The position numbers were made by a program, and so were the translations under genes. Positions 1 through 12,340 of a stretch of 64,000 nucleotides of DNA are shown here, one piece after another (the first letter of the stretch is position 1; each line of letters starts with the position of its first letter). This stretch comes from Isurus oxyrinchus. Its lineage: Eukaryota. The stretch covers positions 5,766,001 to 5,830,000 of the forward strand of contig JANJGN010000041.1 of NCBI GenBank assembly GCA_026770705.1. The letters are read 5' to 3'. A model generated the notes under the pieces. The model saw nothing but the letters and a program-made list of their open reading frames with translations. It was not told the origin of the DNA and made no database searches.

Positions 1-745
1 GTTATGAAGCACTAATATAGGTAATATTATCGGAAGTGTTTTTCATTCAGAATGGAGGTTTAGTCTGTGGGTGTGTCTTAACTGGATTAAAGCCAGCTGG
101 TGATCTGCAGTAGTTTTGATACAGAAGTGAGGTAGAGTGAATTTGCATTTTTCTGAATGAAGCATTGAAGAAGTGGAGTGAGAGCTGACACCTGCCCAGC
201 AGCTACAAAGCAATATTGTTTATATTACTGATAAAATCGGCACTATGAAAGGGGTTTTATTTGTTAAAGGAGTTTGGTTCAGATTTTGTTGATGATATAT
301 GAATTCACATTCAATGGGGTGGTGAGTGTAACTTCAGCAGTTTTCGGTTGTGCAGGGCAGAGGTAATGGGAGATGAAAAGGCAGCTGTGAGCCTCCAATT
401 GGCTCCACTGGAAGCAAAGTGAATAGAACATCATTTTGAATTCGCAAGGTGAAAACGTTTTGCCTGTATCTCGTTAATTCTAATGGTTGTTGTTACCTTA
501 TTGGAGATTGGTTTGGGAATTTGCTATAAGTTATGATAGTATTAATTTTTAATCATGTGTTTTAACTAGTGCAAAATAATAAAATGTTTCATTTAGTTTA
601 GTGTGAAATCTCGAAAACTGGTGGTCCAATTCATGAATTTAGTGTCGTATCTTAAACATAACACTTCAAATTGCAGGTAATGACACTTGTTTAAAGTTTG
701 CCGCTGGGATTTTGAAATGAATTCATTTTACCAACTACATCGGTC
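1..745 (+). mobile_element. Probable solo LTR or LTR fragment, truncated by the window start
   Basis: Begins (t)gttatg at position 1, is non-coding, and has AATAAA near 578. Composition resembles the other LTR-like blocks here. The 3' boundary is not clear. Confidence 0.3.
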
Positions 746-779
746 AAAATGAGAGTCCAGCGGTGCAGTACAAGCGGGC

Positions 780-1000
780 TGAAGAAAAGTCGAGGTGGAA
801 AATGAGCAAGCACAAAAAATGCTTGCAGGGTTGAGCAACTTCAGTTCCATGGATCGATTGAAGAATTTGGGACTGTTGTCCTCAGAGATGAGATGGTCGG
901 GAGAAGAGCTGCTCAAAATCATGACACGTCTGGGCCAGAGTGATTCAGGAGAAGCTGTTCACATTGGGGGAAGGAGGAAGAATCAAAGGGGTACAGGTTG
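780..1000 (+). mobile_element. CR1 LINE, end of ORF2 fragment
   Basis: ORF 795-1001 reads RLKNLGLLSSEMRWSGEELLKIMTRL, matching the CR1 C-terminal motif RL..LGLFSLE.RR.RGDL...KIM. Confidence 0.6.
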
Positions 1001-1514
1001 AAGAGTACAGACTCACCCCAAGTCCTTGACATCCCCCCAAACCAAAAGTGCCAGTTATTGACGTGTGCCTTATTGCATGTGTAATGCATAGTTTTCAATG
1101 AACCATAATTCACTTGAAAATTCATGTTTAATTTAGACTCATTTTGCATTGCAGGCTACCAATGGTAGCTACGTCAGTTTTTAGTGTTTCCTTAGCTTGA
1201 TTCTTGTATGGGGCCAAACATCATTGGCTGAAAAAATATTTTTTGGAACTCCTGAGCCCATTAAAGTCTCTTCAAATATGCAGAGCTTGCATTCATTATC
1301 TCTGCCTCGCTATCAGCCTGTGTCTTGATACTTGCTGTTGGAGTGTGTCCTCAGTGAAAAGAGCGGAATTCACCTGCATTCATTTTGAGAGGCGGTCACT
1401 CCTAATAAAACAGTTGTCATGGGCAGATGAACGTGGGTTGGTGAGGATGATGCTATGTAGGTTTTGTTGCCCCTGTCAACAGGAGACACCTGCCCAAATT
1501 TTCGGGACTATCCT

Positions 1515-2480
1515 TTAAGAACAAAGTGCCTAGGAGCAGAAAACGGTCATTAGTTCCATCGATGAGATCATGGCTGACCTGATAATCCTGAAGACCATTT
1601 TCCCGGCCTTTCCCCCATAAAACTTGATTCACTTACTGATTAAAAATCTATCTGTCTCAGCCTTGAATATACTTATCCATCCAACCTCTACATGCCTCTG
1701 CGCTAAAGACTTCCACAGATTGAATACCTTCCTCCTCATCTCTCTTTTAATTTGGCGGCCCATTACTCGGAGTTTATGCCCTCTGACCATAAACTCTCCC
1801 ACAGGGCGATACAACCATCCTGGGCAATGCAGCCCACTTTAATGGCACCACGTCTAAGAACATTCACTTCCTCCACCAGCGAGACACAGTAGCATCAATG
1901 TGTACCATCCAGAAGATACACTGCAACAACTGCCAAAAGCTCCTTCGACAGAGTTGCACAAATCCTCACCCACTACCATCTAGAAGGACTAGGGCAGCAG
2001 CCTCATGGGAAATCCACCAGCTGGAAAATCCCTTGTGAGCAACGCACTATCCTGGCTTGGAAATATACCGGCCATTCCTTCACCACCCCGAATCAAAATC
2101 CTGGAACACCCTCCCTAACAGCACATTGAGTGCACCTACAGGACAGCGACTGCGGCATTTCAAGAAGTTGGCTCATCACAACGTTCCCCAGAGGCAATTA
2201 GGAAAAGGCAATAATTGTTATCCCGGCCAGTGAAGCACATATCCTGTAAATAAATAAAAATGACATCTACCATTTCAAGCACCATATGAAAGTTTTATCT
2301 TGCAATAAGACCGCCTTGAATTCTTCTAAACTGCAGTGAGTACAGGTCCAACCTACTCAACCACTCCTCACAAGAAAATCCCTCCATCCTCAGGATTAGC
2401 CAAGTGTACATTCTCTGGACAACCTCCAATGCCACTATATCTTACCTTAGATAAGGGGGGCAAAACTGTTCACAGTTTTC
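1515..2480 (-). mobile_element. CR1 LINE 3' end, interrupted by a plus-strand LINE 3' fragment at about 1820-2260
   Basis: ORF 1629-1814 (RGHKLRVMGRQIKREMRRKVFNLWKSL...IFKAETDRFL) is the CR1 ORF2 terminus, and CR1 sequence resumes at about 2260. The inner piece ends in ggcaattagg...gccagtgaagcacatatcctgtaaataaataaaaa. Confidence 0.65.
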
Positions 2481-2489
2481 CACGACTCA

Positions 2490-2850
2490 GTCAGCTCACT
2501 CAACGGTGGTGCTAACAATCCTGTCTTCATGCTAGGCATTGACAGCATTGACCCAGATTGCTCTCAGTAATCCTGCTCCCCCGAGTGCTTCTTCCAGCTG
2601 TGCATTAGTGTGGTATATTCATTCATCAGCTGAGGTGGGACCAGGAGGCGTTAGCATGCTGGTGCCACCAATTGCCATATACGCCCTGTTGCTATGTGGT
2701 ATTGGGATCCAGGAGGACTGTTTAGGGTGTCCAGGACCACATACCTGCTGGATGTGGTGGATCTTTCGTGTGGATGGGGGACAAAGGCGGTGATGAATGA
2801 GCCTGGGATGTAGAGCGGAATTAAATCACAACATTGTTGAATCCACCAGT
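2490..2850 (-). mobile_element. Degenerate LINE (CR1 group) endonuclease-region fragment
   Basis: Minus strand reads like decayed APE sequence (WLG...TDRAG.../HVDLPPH). It lies just downstream of defensin-like copy 1, as similar fragments do for copies 2 and 3. Confidence 0.45.
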
Positions 2851-3062
2851 TGGAAAGCAGACTCCGTTGCTCCCTGTCCCCCAATCTCCCCACCACCCTC
2901 TCTGGCCTTGCCTATATGGCAGCACATGCCAGTTCACCCGAGAAATGAGACATGGACAGGAGGCGGTGAGCAATGCAATGAGACGTTATTCACATGGTTC
3001 AGTAAAGCGGTGGGATCGGGTTCAAGGGGATTCTCCACGTCTGAATGAAACAGCAATCAAGA

Positions 3063-3229
3063 TTAGCTTCTGTCGGAGCCTCGGACATAGGTGCATCCTC
3101 CATGGCCTTGGGCCTCATTTAGACATGCATCAGTGAAAGTCTCTGGCGCACTTGTTAGCAATCTCGTCTGATCGCTTTTGTAGGGGCTCGATTTCCAATA
3201 CCCAACATGTATGCATCCGAATGCGAGGG
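3063..3229 (-). pseudogene. Beta-defensin-like copy 1, exon 2 (disabled)
   Basis: Acceptor is ttttcctgcttttttccag|. It reads (A)LAFG C IHVGY W KSSP Y KSDQ, then a 1-nt frameshift, then EIANK C ARDFH * C MSK*. W (TGG), Y (TAC) and * (TGA) sit at Cys2, Cys3 and Cys5, each one base from TGC. The ancestral frame stops at 3115; the shifted frame stops at 3063. Confidence 0.75.
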
Positions 3230-3879
3230 CTGGAAAAAAGCAGGAAAAATCTCATAAGTCATTGTTTGTGGTTCAGGGGTGGTCGTGTTGTGGGGGGATG
3301 GGTAGTTCTGGGTTTGGTAGAGAGAGTGAGCATCGAGTCACCTCCATTAAAAAGTATGAGGATGAACAGTTGGCAGCTACATAACATTCAAGGTATGTGT
3401 GAAGTGTTAGTAAATGGAATTAGGTAGGTAAGGAAAGTTGTTTCTCAAGTGTCGATGCAGACTCGATGGGCTAAAAGATCTCTTCCACACCGTGTGATCA
3501 TATGATAAAGAAGGTAGTTCTGTCTGTCACTCACGGGAGGGTGGTGGACCACATGGTCTTACACGGAATCCCATGTCTCCCGCTTTTCTTTAGTCAATAG
3601 TTCCTTTCAACGTGTTGACACTATTCACCTCAACCCTTCCCCTCTTATAGAAATTCCCACGTCATCACCTCTCTTGTGTGCTGATGTTTATCCTGATTTA
3701 CCTATTCGATCGCCTTTTGCATCTCTTATCCTGTTGGACACCTAGATATGGGTCAGGCAACAGGTGGGAACATCTTCCTACATCTACCCTATCGAATTAT
3801 CCATGTGTCACACAACAAAAACACGAATTATTCATATCTCTGTGACCGAGCGTAGACCCCCAGCGAGCTTCAGAGGAGT

Positions 3880-4480
3880 GTTATCAAATTGCATCAATCA
3901 TCAACTCACAAGGGATACACTGGGGGAGTGACCAAATGCTAGGTCCATGGTAGGATTTTATTGAGTGACTGAAAGTTGGAGAGACGGCGGGGAACATGTG
4001 GAGAGGTTTTGTGAATGAATTTTGGGGTTCGATTCCCAGGCGGGTGGAGACAGGGCCACGAATGTAGCATAGAATGAAATGGGTGAATGTCCAGGGGCCG
4101 GAAATGTGGTAATGGAGAGATCTTGGAGGCTGGATGGTTGGAGGGAATTACAGGGATAGGGAGGGGGCAAGATACTGGAGGGATTTGAAAACCAGAAACT
4201 GACGTCAGAAATAGATAGACCGGTTGTTTAAAGGGGATCAGAAGTAAACCTCCGGGCACAAGGTGATCAGTGAGTGTTAGGACTTAGGCAGCAGAGTTTT
4301 GTGTGCCTTCACTTTATGTAAGGTGGAATGTGGGAGAAACAGCCAGAGTTATATTGGCATACGGAACTCAAGAATAACCAATGTTTGGATGAAAATTTCA
4401 CTGTCAGGTCCGATGAGACTAGGTCACTGTTGGGTGATGTTTCCGTAGTGGATATAGGTAGTCTTTGAGGTGGCAAGGAT
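3880..4480 (-). mobile_element. L2 LINE 3' fragment in the intron of defensin-like copy 1
   Basis: Reverse of the typical L2 end (ccctccctatccctgtaattccctcc; ttcaaatccctcca). Confidence 0.55.
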
Positions 4481-4644
4481 ATATGGCAGGTATCACATTT
4501 TGGGATCAAATCCACACAAGTCTCTGTCTCGGAGACTTCCCAGGAACAGGGATGAAGTAAGCAGCGAGGGAACATTTGTAAGTCCAGGGCTGAAAACAAT
4601 GGTGTGAATCAAAGAGTTCTCAGAGACACACTCAACTCCGCTAC

Positions 4645-4726
4645 CATCAGGCAGGGCTCTTGCTTGGGCAGTGGTGGTCTGCACCAGTAGCAGGCCAACA
4701 AGAGCCAATAGCAGTGCTTTCATCAT
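4645..4726 (-). pseudogene. Beta-defensin-like copy 1, exon 1 (signal peptide)
   Basis: MMKALLLALVGLLLVQTTTAQARALPD followed by G|GTAGCG, a phase-1 donor at 4644. The site matching the copy 3 donor (after codon 21) lacks GT. Paralogous to 12664 and 16210. Confidence 0.75.
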
Positions 4727-4778
4727 CGTCTGCCAATCTCCTCCCAGTCACAATGAGATGATCGGAGTAAGGGTGGTA

Positions 4779-4784
4779 TTTATA
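4779..4784 (-). promoter_or_regulatory. TATA box of defensin-like copy 1
   Basis: TATAAA on the minus strand about 53 nt upstream of the ATG, at the same spacing in all three copies. Confidence 0.7.
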
Positions 4785-5319
4785 CAAATTAAGAAAAAAA
4801 ATTGTAGTTAAAAATAACACACTTCTGGTGGAGATTGGCTAGCACCACGTCGTGTTAAATTCGTCATTCAGAAATTGGAAGCAACAATAAATTGAATCAC
4901 TGATTAAAGGGGTCTCCAAGGCAAGTTTTCATTAATCAGTAGCAGTAAAACCTCAGCAATGATTAAAATGGGGTTAGTTTATAGAATCACTGTGCGGTGA
5001 TTAAACTGAAGACACACAGTAAAGGAAGAGCCCATTGACCAATCACGCCAGTCCTGCCTCTTTAAATGTACCATCCTATTCTAGCCCCTTCCTCCCCGAA
5101 CTTTCCCCAGTTTTGTATCTCCTGATCCACTTCCCCTTGTGAATGATAACATTGAACCTGCTTCAACTGTCGTTTCTGTCAGCGGGGTACAGGGCAAAAT
5201 AACTCGCTGCTGCCAAAGAAATTTCCACATCTACTCACGAGCCCTTGTAAATTCCCTTAAATCTGTTTTCTCTGGATCCATATCCTCCAAACTTCTAAAA
5301 TATCACACACAGAAAGTTG

Positions 5320-5545
5320 GAAGAGGAGTTGAAGTGTTCGCCCCTCGTGCCATTTTTTACCCCTCAAGCAACACAGCTAAAGCTGGTCATCAAAAATTGC
5401 TGTTTGTTGGATCTTTCTGTGCCCTACTTTCAGTGGCAGTCCCCTACATTATGCTTGTAGCTACAACTCAGCACCGTACCACAGGCAGTGGGGCGTGCGT
5501 TCATCTGTCCTTTACTGGTGAACGGTGCTATATAAATGAGTCTTC
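5320..5545 (+). mobile_element. Deu-domain SINE (SacSINE1/AmnSINE-like) fragment
   Basis: ctggtcat...ttgctgtttgttggatct...cctacatt...ggtgctatataaatg resembles the DeuSINE core and tail. Confidence 0.6.
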
Positions 5546-5689
5546 GCCCTTGCTACATTGAATCCACAGCCCATTGGATCTTGTGGAATCAGACGCAATA
5601 GGGCACCGGAAAAAAAAATCCTGCACAATTCCTGCTAACACCATTCCTCGCTCGATGAATCCAAGTTGAACAACATCTGGTGGAGACAC

Positions 5690-6957
5690 TGTTATTCGCA
5701 AAGGCTGTAATCTAATTGAGATAGTCTAAATGAGTTATTTTGTTGAATGTAGGTGTTACAATTGCATATTAGCTTTAAGGTTTAAGTTTGATTTGTATTC
5801 TTGTACCTGTGTGTTAGGAAAATGTCAAACTGAGATTCAGTTTCACTTTAAAATAGTACCAACATTTCTAATGAGGCATTGTCCGACCGTTGCAGCTAAG
5901 GTAATCAAACATGAGTGGAAGATTTGGGCCTCATTGCATTAGAAAGTTAGGCCCGCTCACAGGCACACACACAACAAACCTTGACACAGCAGTTTTAATT
6001 TGGAAGCAGTTGGATTTTAGCAGGTTTTTAAGGTAGCTGCCATGCAGGAACAGCCTAGAGGAGGTCGGATAGCCCAGCCCAAACAGAAAGAACCCTTAAG
6101 AATCCAAGGAAGCGGAACATGAGAAAGCCCCAAACAGAACTTCGTGTTAAAGGGAGGACAGAATCCTGGAAAAGCTCCTGTTAGGTGGCGCTAAGAGTGA
6201 GGGTTTGAGAAGGACTCCATGCTTCAAGTTTAAAGTGTGAAGACACAGAATGCAGATGTAAAGTGAGAACAGCTAGCAAGAGCCAAGAAGGTCAAAAGAG
6301 GCAACTGAGGTTCTGTAAAACTTTGCTCTCGGCAATTGAAGGAGTAGTTCTTTTTTTGGCGGAGTATTTGTGAGACAATTCATTACAACAGTTTGGATGC
6401 ATCTTGTGGCCCAGAGGAGAGGAAGATCAGAAGGAGAGTCACTGAAACGAACATTTGTGGAAGGCTTCTGGTTTAGCAGATGATTCCAAGCAGAGAGAAA
6501 GAGTTTGGAAGCCCTCGTGTGAAAGATGGGGCTCACTGAGACCAGCTTTCTGACTTTGTGACAAGCGTCGGTCCGATTTGAGGAAAGATTCATTGCATCT
6601 GGTTGTGTGGCAACTGCCACATGATTTCAGAGTGTTGTGTACATGACTGCATTTTGCCTACTGGACATTCTACTTACTGTGAAAATTGGAGTGTAAGATA
6701 GCTTTTGTATCTTGTGTTATCTTTACAAACCTTTACATAACTGTAGTTGTGGGTGAAGAAATATTGTAATATATTTGACATTTTATTCTTTAATAAATGT
6801 TGTGCTCTTTTGCTAAACGTTCCTCAGCTGACTCCAGTGACTCTTCAGTAGCCCCATCCACTTATCTTAAGAAACAAATAAAAGTGAGGGTCTATAAAGT
6901 TGGGTTTCAACTTGGTATCACTTTTGTACAGGGGTAAACTCAGCTGGGTTGGCAACA
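5690..6957 (+). mobile_element. Solo LTR-like element
   Basis: About 1.27 kb bounded by TGTT...AACA, non-coding, with AATAAA near 6792 and 6877. No clear target-site duplication. Confidence 0.45.
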
Positions 6958-7259
6958 TAGCACATGATGTAAACTGGGTGTAAAGGGTCTCCAATGCCGA
7001 GGAGTAACAGTGACTGAGCAGCAACATTGTTGAACGAATTTGCTGAGTCTTGATGGATATATCAAACGGGCTGGAAGGGAAGGAAGGTTCCTGTCCTTCC
7101 ATTAACTCGAAAGCATGATTGAGACTTCCTAAATTTCCATTCCCTTCGACTCTTGGAGGCCTTCTTTAGCTTGGAACTGACTATCTGCCCCCTTTTAGGC
7201 TTTTCACACTGGCAAGTATCTTGAAAACTTGCTGAACTCCAACAGCCTCCAAAACTAAC

Positions 7260-7517
7260 TAGTTTTTTTGTTTTTATCTCTGTGTTTAATTGACTGCCAC
7301 TGCTCTTCAAGAAATGCCGACCTCCTTGAAGAAGTTCTGTTCCTCTCTGCGACAAGATTTCCATATCTCTAGTCGAAATCAAGTTCTGTCGAAGGGTCAT
7401 GAGGACTCGAAACGTCAACTCTTTTCTTCTCCGCCGATGCTGCCAGACCTGCTGAGTTTTTCCAGGTAATTCTGTTTTTGTTTTGGATTTCCAGCATCCG
7501 CAGTTTTTTGTTTTTAT
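7260..7517 (+). mobile_element. Young Penelope-type 3' terminal insertion with TSD
   Basis: Contains gaagggtcatgaggactcgaaacgtcaactc...gatgctgccagacctgctgag, the same end type as the GIY-YIG element at 51.4 kb. Flanked by an exact 11-bp repeat ccaaaactaac (7249-7259 and 7518-7528). Confidence 0.75.
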
Positions 7518-9919
7518 CCAAAACTAACCTGCTGTTCCTAGCTTTTGCGTGCGTTTCTGAGAGAGGACCTGCCTTTCTAAGCCCCCATGAGCAGGCAATA
7601 GATAAAAACCTCCATTTTATACCACTTCCATCTCTCAGTGGCAGGCGGTGAGAGAAGCAACAGCAGGGGTTAACTTGCTTGCCCCTGTCCTCACTGATCT
7701 ACCCTGGAGCAGATGAATTTGTCTATGGCAGATATCAGCAGGAGTAACTGGCACAAACTCTTTGTAGAGGCACAGTGCAGTCTTCACTATGATGACACCT
7801 TCCATCGTGATGTCTGTCACTCTCAACTGTGTCCGGCAGCGCAAATGCAGGCATCCTTGGGGCACTGTGGGGCATCTGCTGCAGAGGCAGGATTGAGCAC
7901 AAAGGTAATCTGTAATCTGATGTCCTGGCACAAACTTCACTCTCCCACTGAGCTGTGTGTTTACAGACAAATCATGCAAGGTAGCGGTACAGGGAAATAG
8001 AACGCAAGCAATTTCTCATGGGCAGTTCGGAGTAGTCATGAAATGTTCACATCGCAGGTGGGGCACATTTTCGAAGAATGGAGAGGTGAAGGATATGGAA
8101 GAGGGTGGAATGCCTGTTGGGGTTCACCGTGCACCAATTTTGGATACCATTTTGCCAACCTTCCAAAGTGTAGTGCTGGTGTCGGGCTGCTTATCAGCCT
8201 GTTAAGCATTTGCCTTGATCACAGAACTGACTGGTCATCAGTAGCTGTACCGTATGACAGCCTTGGACATGGGCACCAGGATCTCGAAAACGATTCGCCC
8301 CGGCACAAGGCCCCAGCTGCTTCCCTGCCGTCTGTGTGCAAAATGCACAGGCTGGAATTCCACAAGGTTGTGAAAAATGTGTGATCTGAATCCAGGGGCG
8401 CACCATTGCCCGGGGACCTTAATACCTTTGGGCCACAGAAACCTATCAATTCTACAGTTAAATATTAGAAATAGATCTCGCACCTGTTGCTTTTTAAAGA
8501 AAGGAGTTACCAATGTGTATCACCCCTTGTGTATGGCAGTGTTGTACAGAGCAGCCTGACTAGGCCCTTTGGACTCTGTCACATAGCCTGAGTGTCGTCA
8601 ACCAGTGAATATAATTTTTCTTTATCAGCCTTATATGTTCCACTTAACACCTTAAATACTTCAACTCAACCACTCTGGAACGTTCCAAATTCCAGGGAGT
8701 ACATGGATTATTTTTGTAATCTCTGCCAGCCTATTTTCCCTTGCCGCCCAGGTATCATTTCTGGTAAACGTGTCCTGCATTCCCTTCACGCCTGACAACT
8801 CACATTAGGGAAAATTGTCAATAGTTGATTCGTCTCCATCTCCCTATTTCTCTCTCTCCCTCTCTCTATCTCATTCCATTCTTAAGCAAGAGAGTGGCTT
8901 TCAGAATTACGCAGCCTCAACAAATAATTCTAGTATGGATGGAAATCCGGGGAATTATAGACTGGACATCCGCAATTTATCAGCTGTTTCCTTCAATCGC
9001 TGGCATGAAAACTATCTGACCCTGTGTTTTCGGCATCCAAATGTCCCATTATTTTCTCCACGTCCATTATGTTGCTAATTCTAGGTCTTTATGAGCATTA
9101 TCTTTCAAAAAAAATCAGGCTATATGTTATCTTCACTGGAAGGGCCAGAACATCTCTGCAAACCTTCGTGATTCTCAACCAATTGTAAGAATGCTTCCCT
9201 ACAACATAGCGATCTTAGCTAGTGCCCTAGTCTGACCATTCTCGACCAATAGAGAGAGAGAGTTTGACTTTCCTACAACAATATAGCCTTAACTTGTGCC
9301 AGTTCCTCACAATTCTAGCTCTCAGTCCACAATTCTCGCCATCGGCATCCAGTTTTGGCTTGTGGTGAATGAGAACTCTGGACCCTCTGGAGCCAAAGGT
9401 CAAAATGCTTCCCAGCTCTAACTCAGTTCCATTCTGTGCTGCCTTTTCTCCTTAAAGCTAATTTACAACACTTTGTCATTTATAGAGCTGCCAACTATAG
9501 GTCAACTTAACAACATTCCAAAAGTGAATAGGAATTGCGATCTTACATTCCTCAGCTGATATGAAGCACCGTTCGTAACCTGAGCCTGGACAAATAGAGC
9601 AATACATCAATGCATTGACGGACCAGAAGGTTGGAAACTCAGGTATGCCTGTTGCTGGTCTTGAAATCGTCTTCTGCAGTCTGGAACTGAGTTTGTAATT
9701 GGGAAACATTTTGCTTTTGATCTTTGGAGATTCTAGATTATCATTCAACAGATGCCAAAACTGAATGCCAATTGGCTAAAAGTGTAGACTGAGGTCTAGA
9801 ATTGTAAGGAACGTGCAGAATTTAAGGCTAGATTGTTGCAGAAAAAAACAGATGTTCTCATTCCATTGGCCAAGAACCATGCTTGATTCCTTGTTTTAAA
9901 GGTCATGGTAGGATGAAGA

Positions 9920-10625
9920 GTATGCCGGGCCATGATCTTGCAGATTATGTCTGAATTTAATTTTGCTGCTGCTGATGTCCCAAAGGGCCTCATGGATATT
10001 GAGATTTGAGCTGCGTGAAATGTTTTGAATCTATCCCATTGACAGTAATGCACGTAGCACAACACACTGAAGTGTCTCCCCAGTTTGAAGACAGAGGTCT
10101 ATTGTCACAAGGAGTGTGCGGTGGCCATGCCTACCAGCATCTTCAGAGACAGATGCATCTGCAGCAAGTACATTGGTGATGATGAGATCAAGTACAATAT
10201 TCCCTCTGGTTGGTTCACCTGTCTCAGGTCTATTTTGCCTATCGCAGCTCATCCACCTGGGTCTGTTGTGGTGACCAAGAGCCACTCTTGGTGATGGACA
10301 TGCAGGTCCCACAGTAGAGAACATTCTGTGCCCATGATACGCTCAGTGCTTCTTCCATAAGGTGTTTCGAATTGATCAGATTCTGCAGAGTGATAAGTGG
10401 GTATCAGCAGGAGGTTCTCATTCCCGTGTTAGCCCTCATGCTTTGTCACATAATAGAGACTGTATTTAATGCTGAGCCCTCCCAGTGGGAACCCATACCT
10501 ATTGTATTTCCCTCTGCCGCCATCCTGGTACCTTCCTCCTGTCAGCGGGGCATCATAAACACAAGAATATGGGTGGCAAACCTTTGCCATTGGCTGTGAA
10601 GTTCTGATTCTGATAGCATGACAAT
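9920..10625 (-). mobile_element. LINE (CR1 group) AP-endonuclease fragment
   Basis: ORF 10031-10324 reads EPTRGNIVLDLIITNVLAADASVSEDAGRHGHRT, the PTRG..LDL...SDH motif of LINE APE. Confidence 0.7.
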
Positions 10626-10939
10626 TCAGGAGCTACAAGATCCCAATGAGAAAATGCCGTGTTCTACACGTATGCCTAAATTGGAGCTGAAAGATGACAA
10701 CATGACTCTTGCATTTTCTAACCTCTCCTCCCTGCCTGCTGGTCGATATGGTGACACAGCGATCCGAGTGAGAAATTACACATGGAGAAGAGGCGGTAAA
10801 CAATGCAGCCATTTTTATGCAAATGATTCAAAAAGCAGCGTGGAAGGGGTCATTGGATCCATGCAATGAATGAAAGAAATTAAAGTCAATCTCAGCCAAA
10901 CCCACAGGTTGACCTGGCAGTACGATATATTCACTTTTG

Positions 10940-11047
10940 TCAACCCCATTCAGCCTCACAACACTTAAAAATGAATCAGCACTTCCAGCGCATTAAGGCC
11001 TCTTCATCATTGCATCCTCTCATTCTACTTGCCACTGCTTCATCGCG
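10940..11047 (-). pseudogene. Beta-defensin-like copy 2, exon 2 (disabled)
   Basis: Reads R DEAVA S RMRG C NDEEALMRWK C *FIFK CC EAEWG*. Cys1 is CGC, Cys2 is AGT, and there is a premature TGA at 10976-10978. The acceptor AG and first codons appear deleted relative to copy 3. X4, X10 and X5 spacings are kept. Confidence 0.75.
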
Positions 11048-11169
11048 AAATCCGAAGGTCATAACAGCCAAGCAATTTATTGAACAATCGATTTGAGTGT
11101 CAAGCTTTTGTTTCCTGATGCAGACTGAGAGCTCAACTATGGGCGGTGATGATAGCATGGCGGAACATG

Positions 11170-11720
11170 GGGGCAAGAGCTGTGCACAGTGCATGTACTG
11201 TGGTCTAACCCATCGATAGGAAGGCCACGGCTGCACACAGTGCTCCGGGTGTGGTCTAAACAAGGCATATGGAGAGCAGAGCTGTGCACAGTGCTCCAAG
11301 TGTGATCTAACCAAAGGATATGGAGACCGGAACTGTGCACAGTGCTCCAAGTCTGTTCCAACCAATGGATATTGAGACCAGAATTGTGTGCGTACTCCAG
11401 CCTTCGTCTAAGCAAGGAATATGGAGACCAGAAATGTGCACAGTGCTCTGAGTGCTGTGTAACCGAGTGATATGGAGACCAGGACTGTGCATAGTGCTCC
11501 ACGTGCGGTCCAACGGAGGGATATGGAAACCAAAATACTGCACAGAGCTCCGAGTGTGGTTGAACTGAGGGAAACAGACAACAGAACTGTGCATAGTGCT
11601 CCAAATGTGGTTTAACCGAAGAATACAGACACCGGCACTGCGCACGTTGCTGTGACTGTACTAGAAGTGAGGTTTATGGGTCCAGCCATATTCAGAGTGC
11701 TCCAATTTTGTCAAACCGAG
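11170..11720 (-). repeat. ~48-bp minisatellite derived from a CR1 ORF2 motif
   Basis: About 11 units of gatatggagaccagaactgtgcacagtgctccaagtgtggtctaaccaag. The minus strand translates to repeats of LVRPHLEHCAQFWSPY. Confidence 0.85.
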
Positions 11721-11732
11721 ATGAACAGAAGT

Positions 11733-11859
11733 GAAAAAATAAAAACAAAAAAGCTGCGGAAGCTGGAAATCCAAAACAAAAACAGAACTGCTGAAGGGTC
11801 ATGAGGACCCGAAACGTCAACTCTTTTCTTCTCCGCCGATGCTGCCAGACCTGCTGAGT
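11733..11859. mobile_element. Short Penelope-type terminal insertion with internal inversion
   Basis: 11736-11785 is the reverse complement of the tail at about 7470-7517, and about 11790-11859 is nearly identical to 7390-7458. Flanked by atgaacagaagt and atgaacagaggt. Confidence 0.7.
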
Positions 11860-11959
11860 ATGAACAGAGGTAGCCGTTCTGCCCAACTAGCAGGGTGCAT
11901 CCTTTGTCGCACTTGGAGAGAGAAGAAATGTCCCATCGCACCACACGGGAACCTGATGG

Positions 11960-12340
11960 GGGGAAAATGACAGAAAACCATAGCAAAACATACTAAAGAG
12001 AGAGAACATAAAGTTCACTCAAGAAATGTTGATTCTAGGGATTATCCCAAAGTGGGAGAAAGAGGTGGAGAGGATTATAGATGGAATAACAGATTCGAGG
12101 CTCCAGCAACCAAATGCTGTGCCCCTAATGGCAGATCCTTCAGTCAATGACTGGAAACACAGAGGATGCCAGAATTCAAGAGTTACCAATACCTGGATTA
12201 GTTTTTTGGCTGTGGCTGATTACAGACGTAAGGAGGTGGTGGGCTGGTTCAGGGATTTGGAAACATGGTATATGCATGATGCACGATATCACCGTGTGAC
12301 AACAGATAGATTGGCAGTACAAGGAGACCGGGAATAAATA
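11960..12340 (-). mobile_element. L2 LINE 3' fragment in the intron of defensin-like copy 2
   Basis: ggagaaagaggtggagagg...gattacagacgtaaggagg...agggatttggaaac. Same type and orientation as the fragment at 3880-4480. Confidence 0.5.

Noticed and set aside
4493-4726. Single-exon 77-aa secreted protein from the ORF track (likewise 15830-16210)
   Set aside because: Only the first 20-27 codons are shared between paralogues. The rest runs into intron and LINE sequence.
10976-10978. In-frame TGA in defensin-like copies 1 and 2 read as selenocysteine
   Set aside because: Other lesions accompany it (frameshift, lost acceptor, lost Cys) and I saw no SECIS-like hairpin. Ordinary decay is the simpler explanation.
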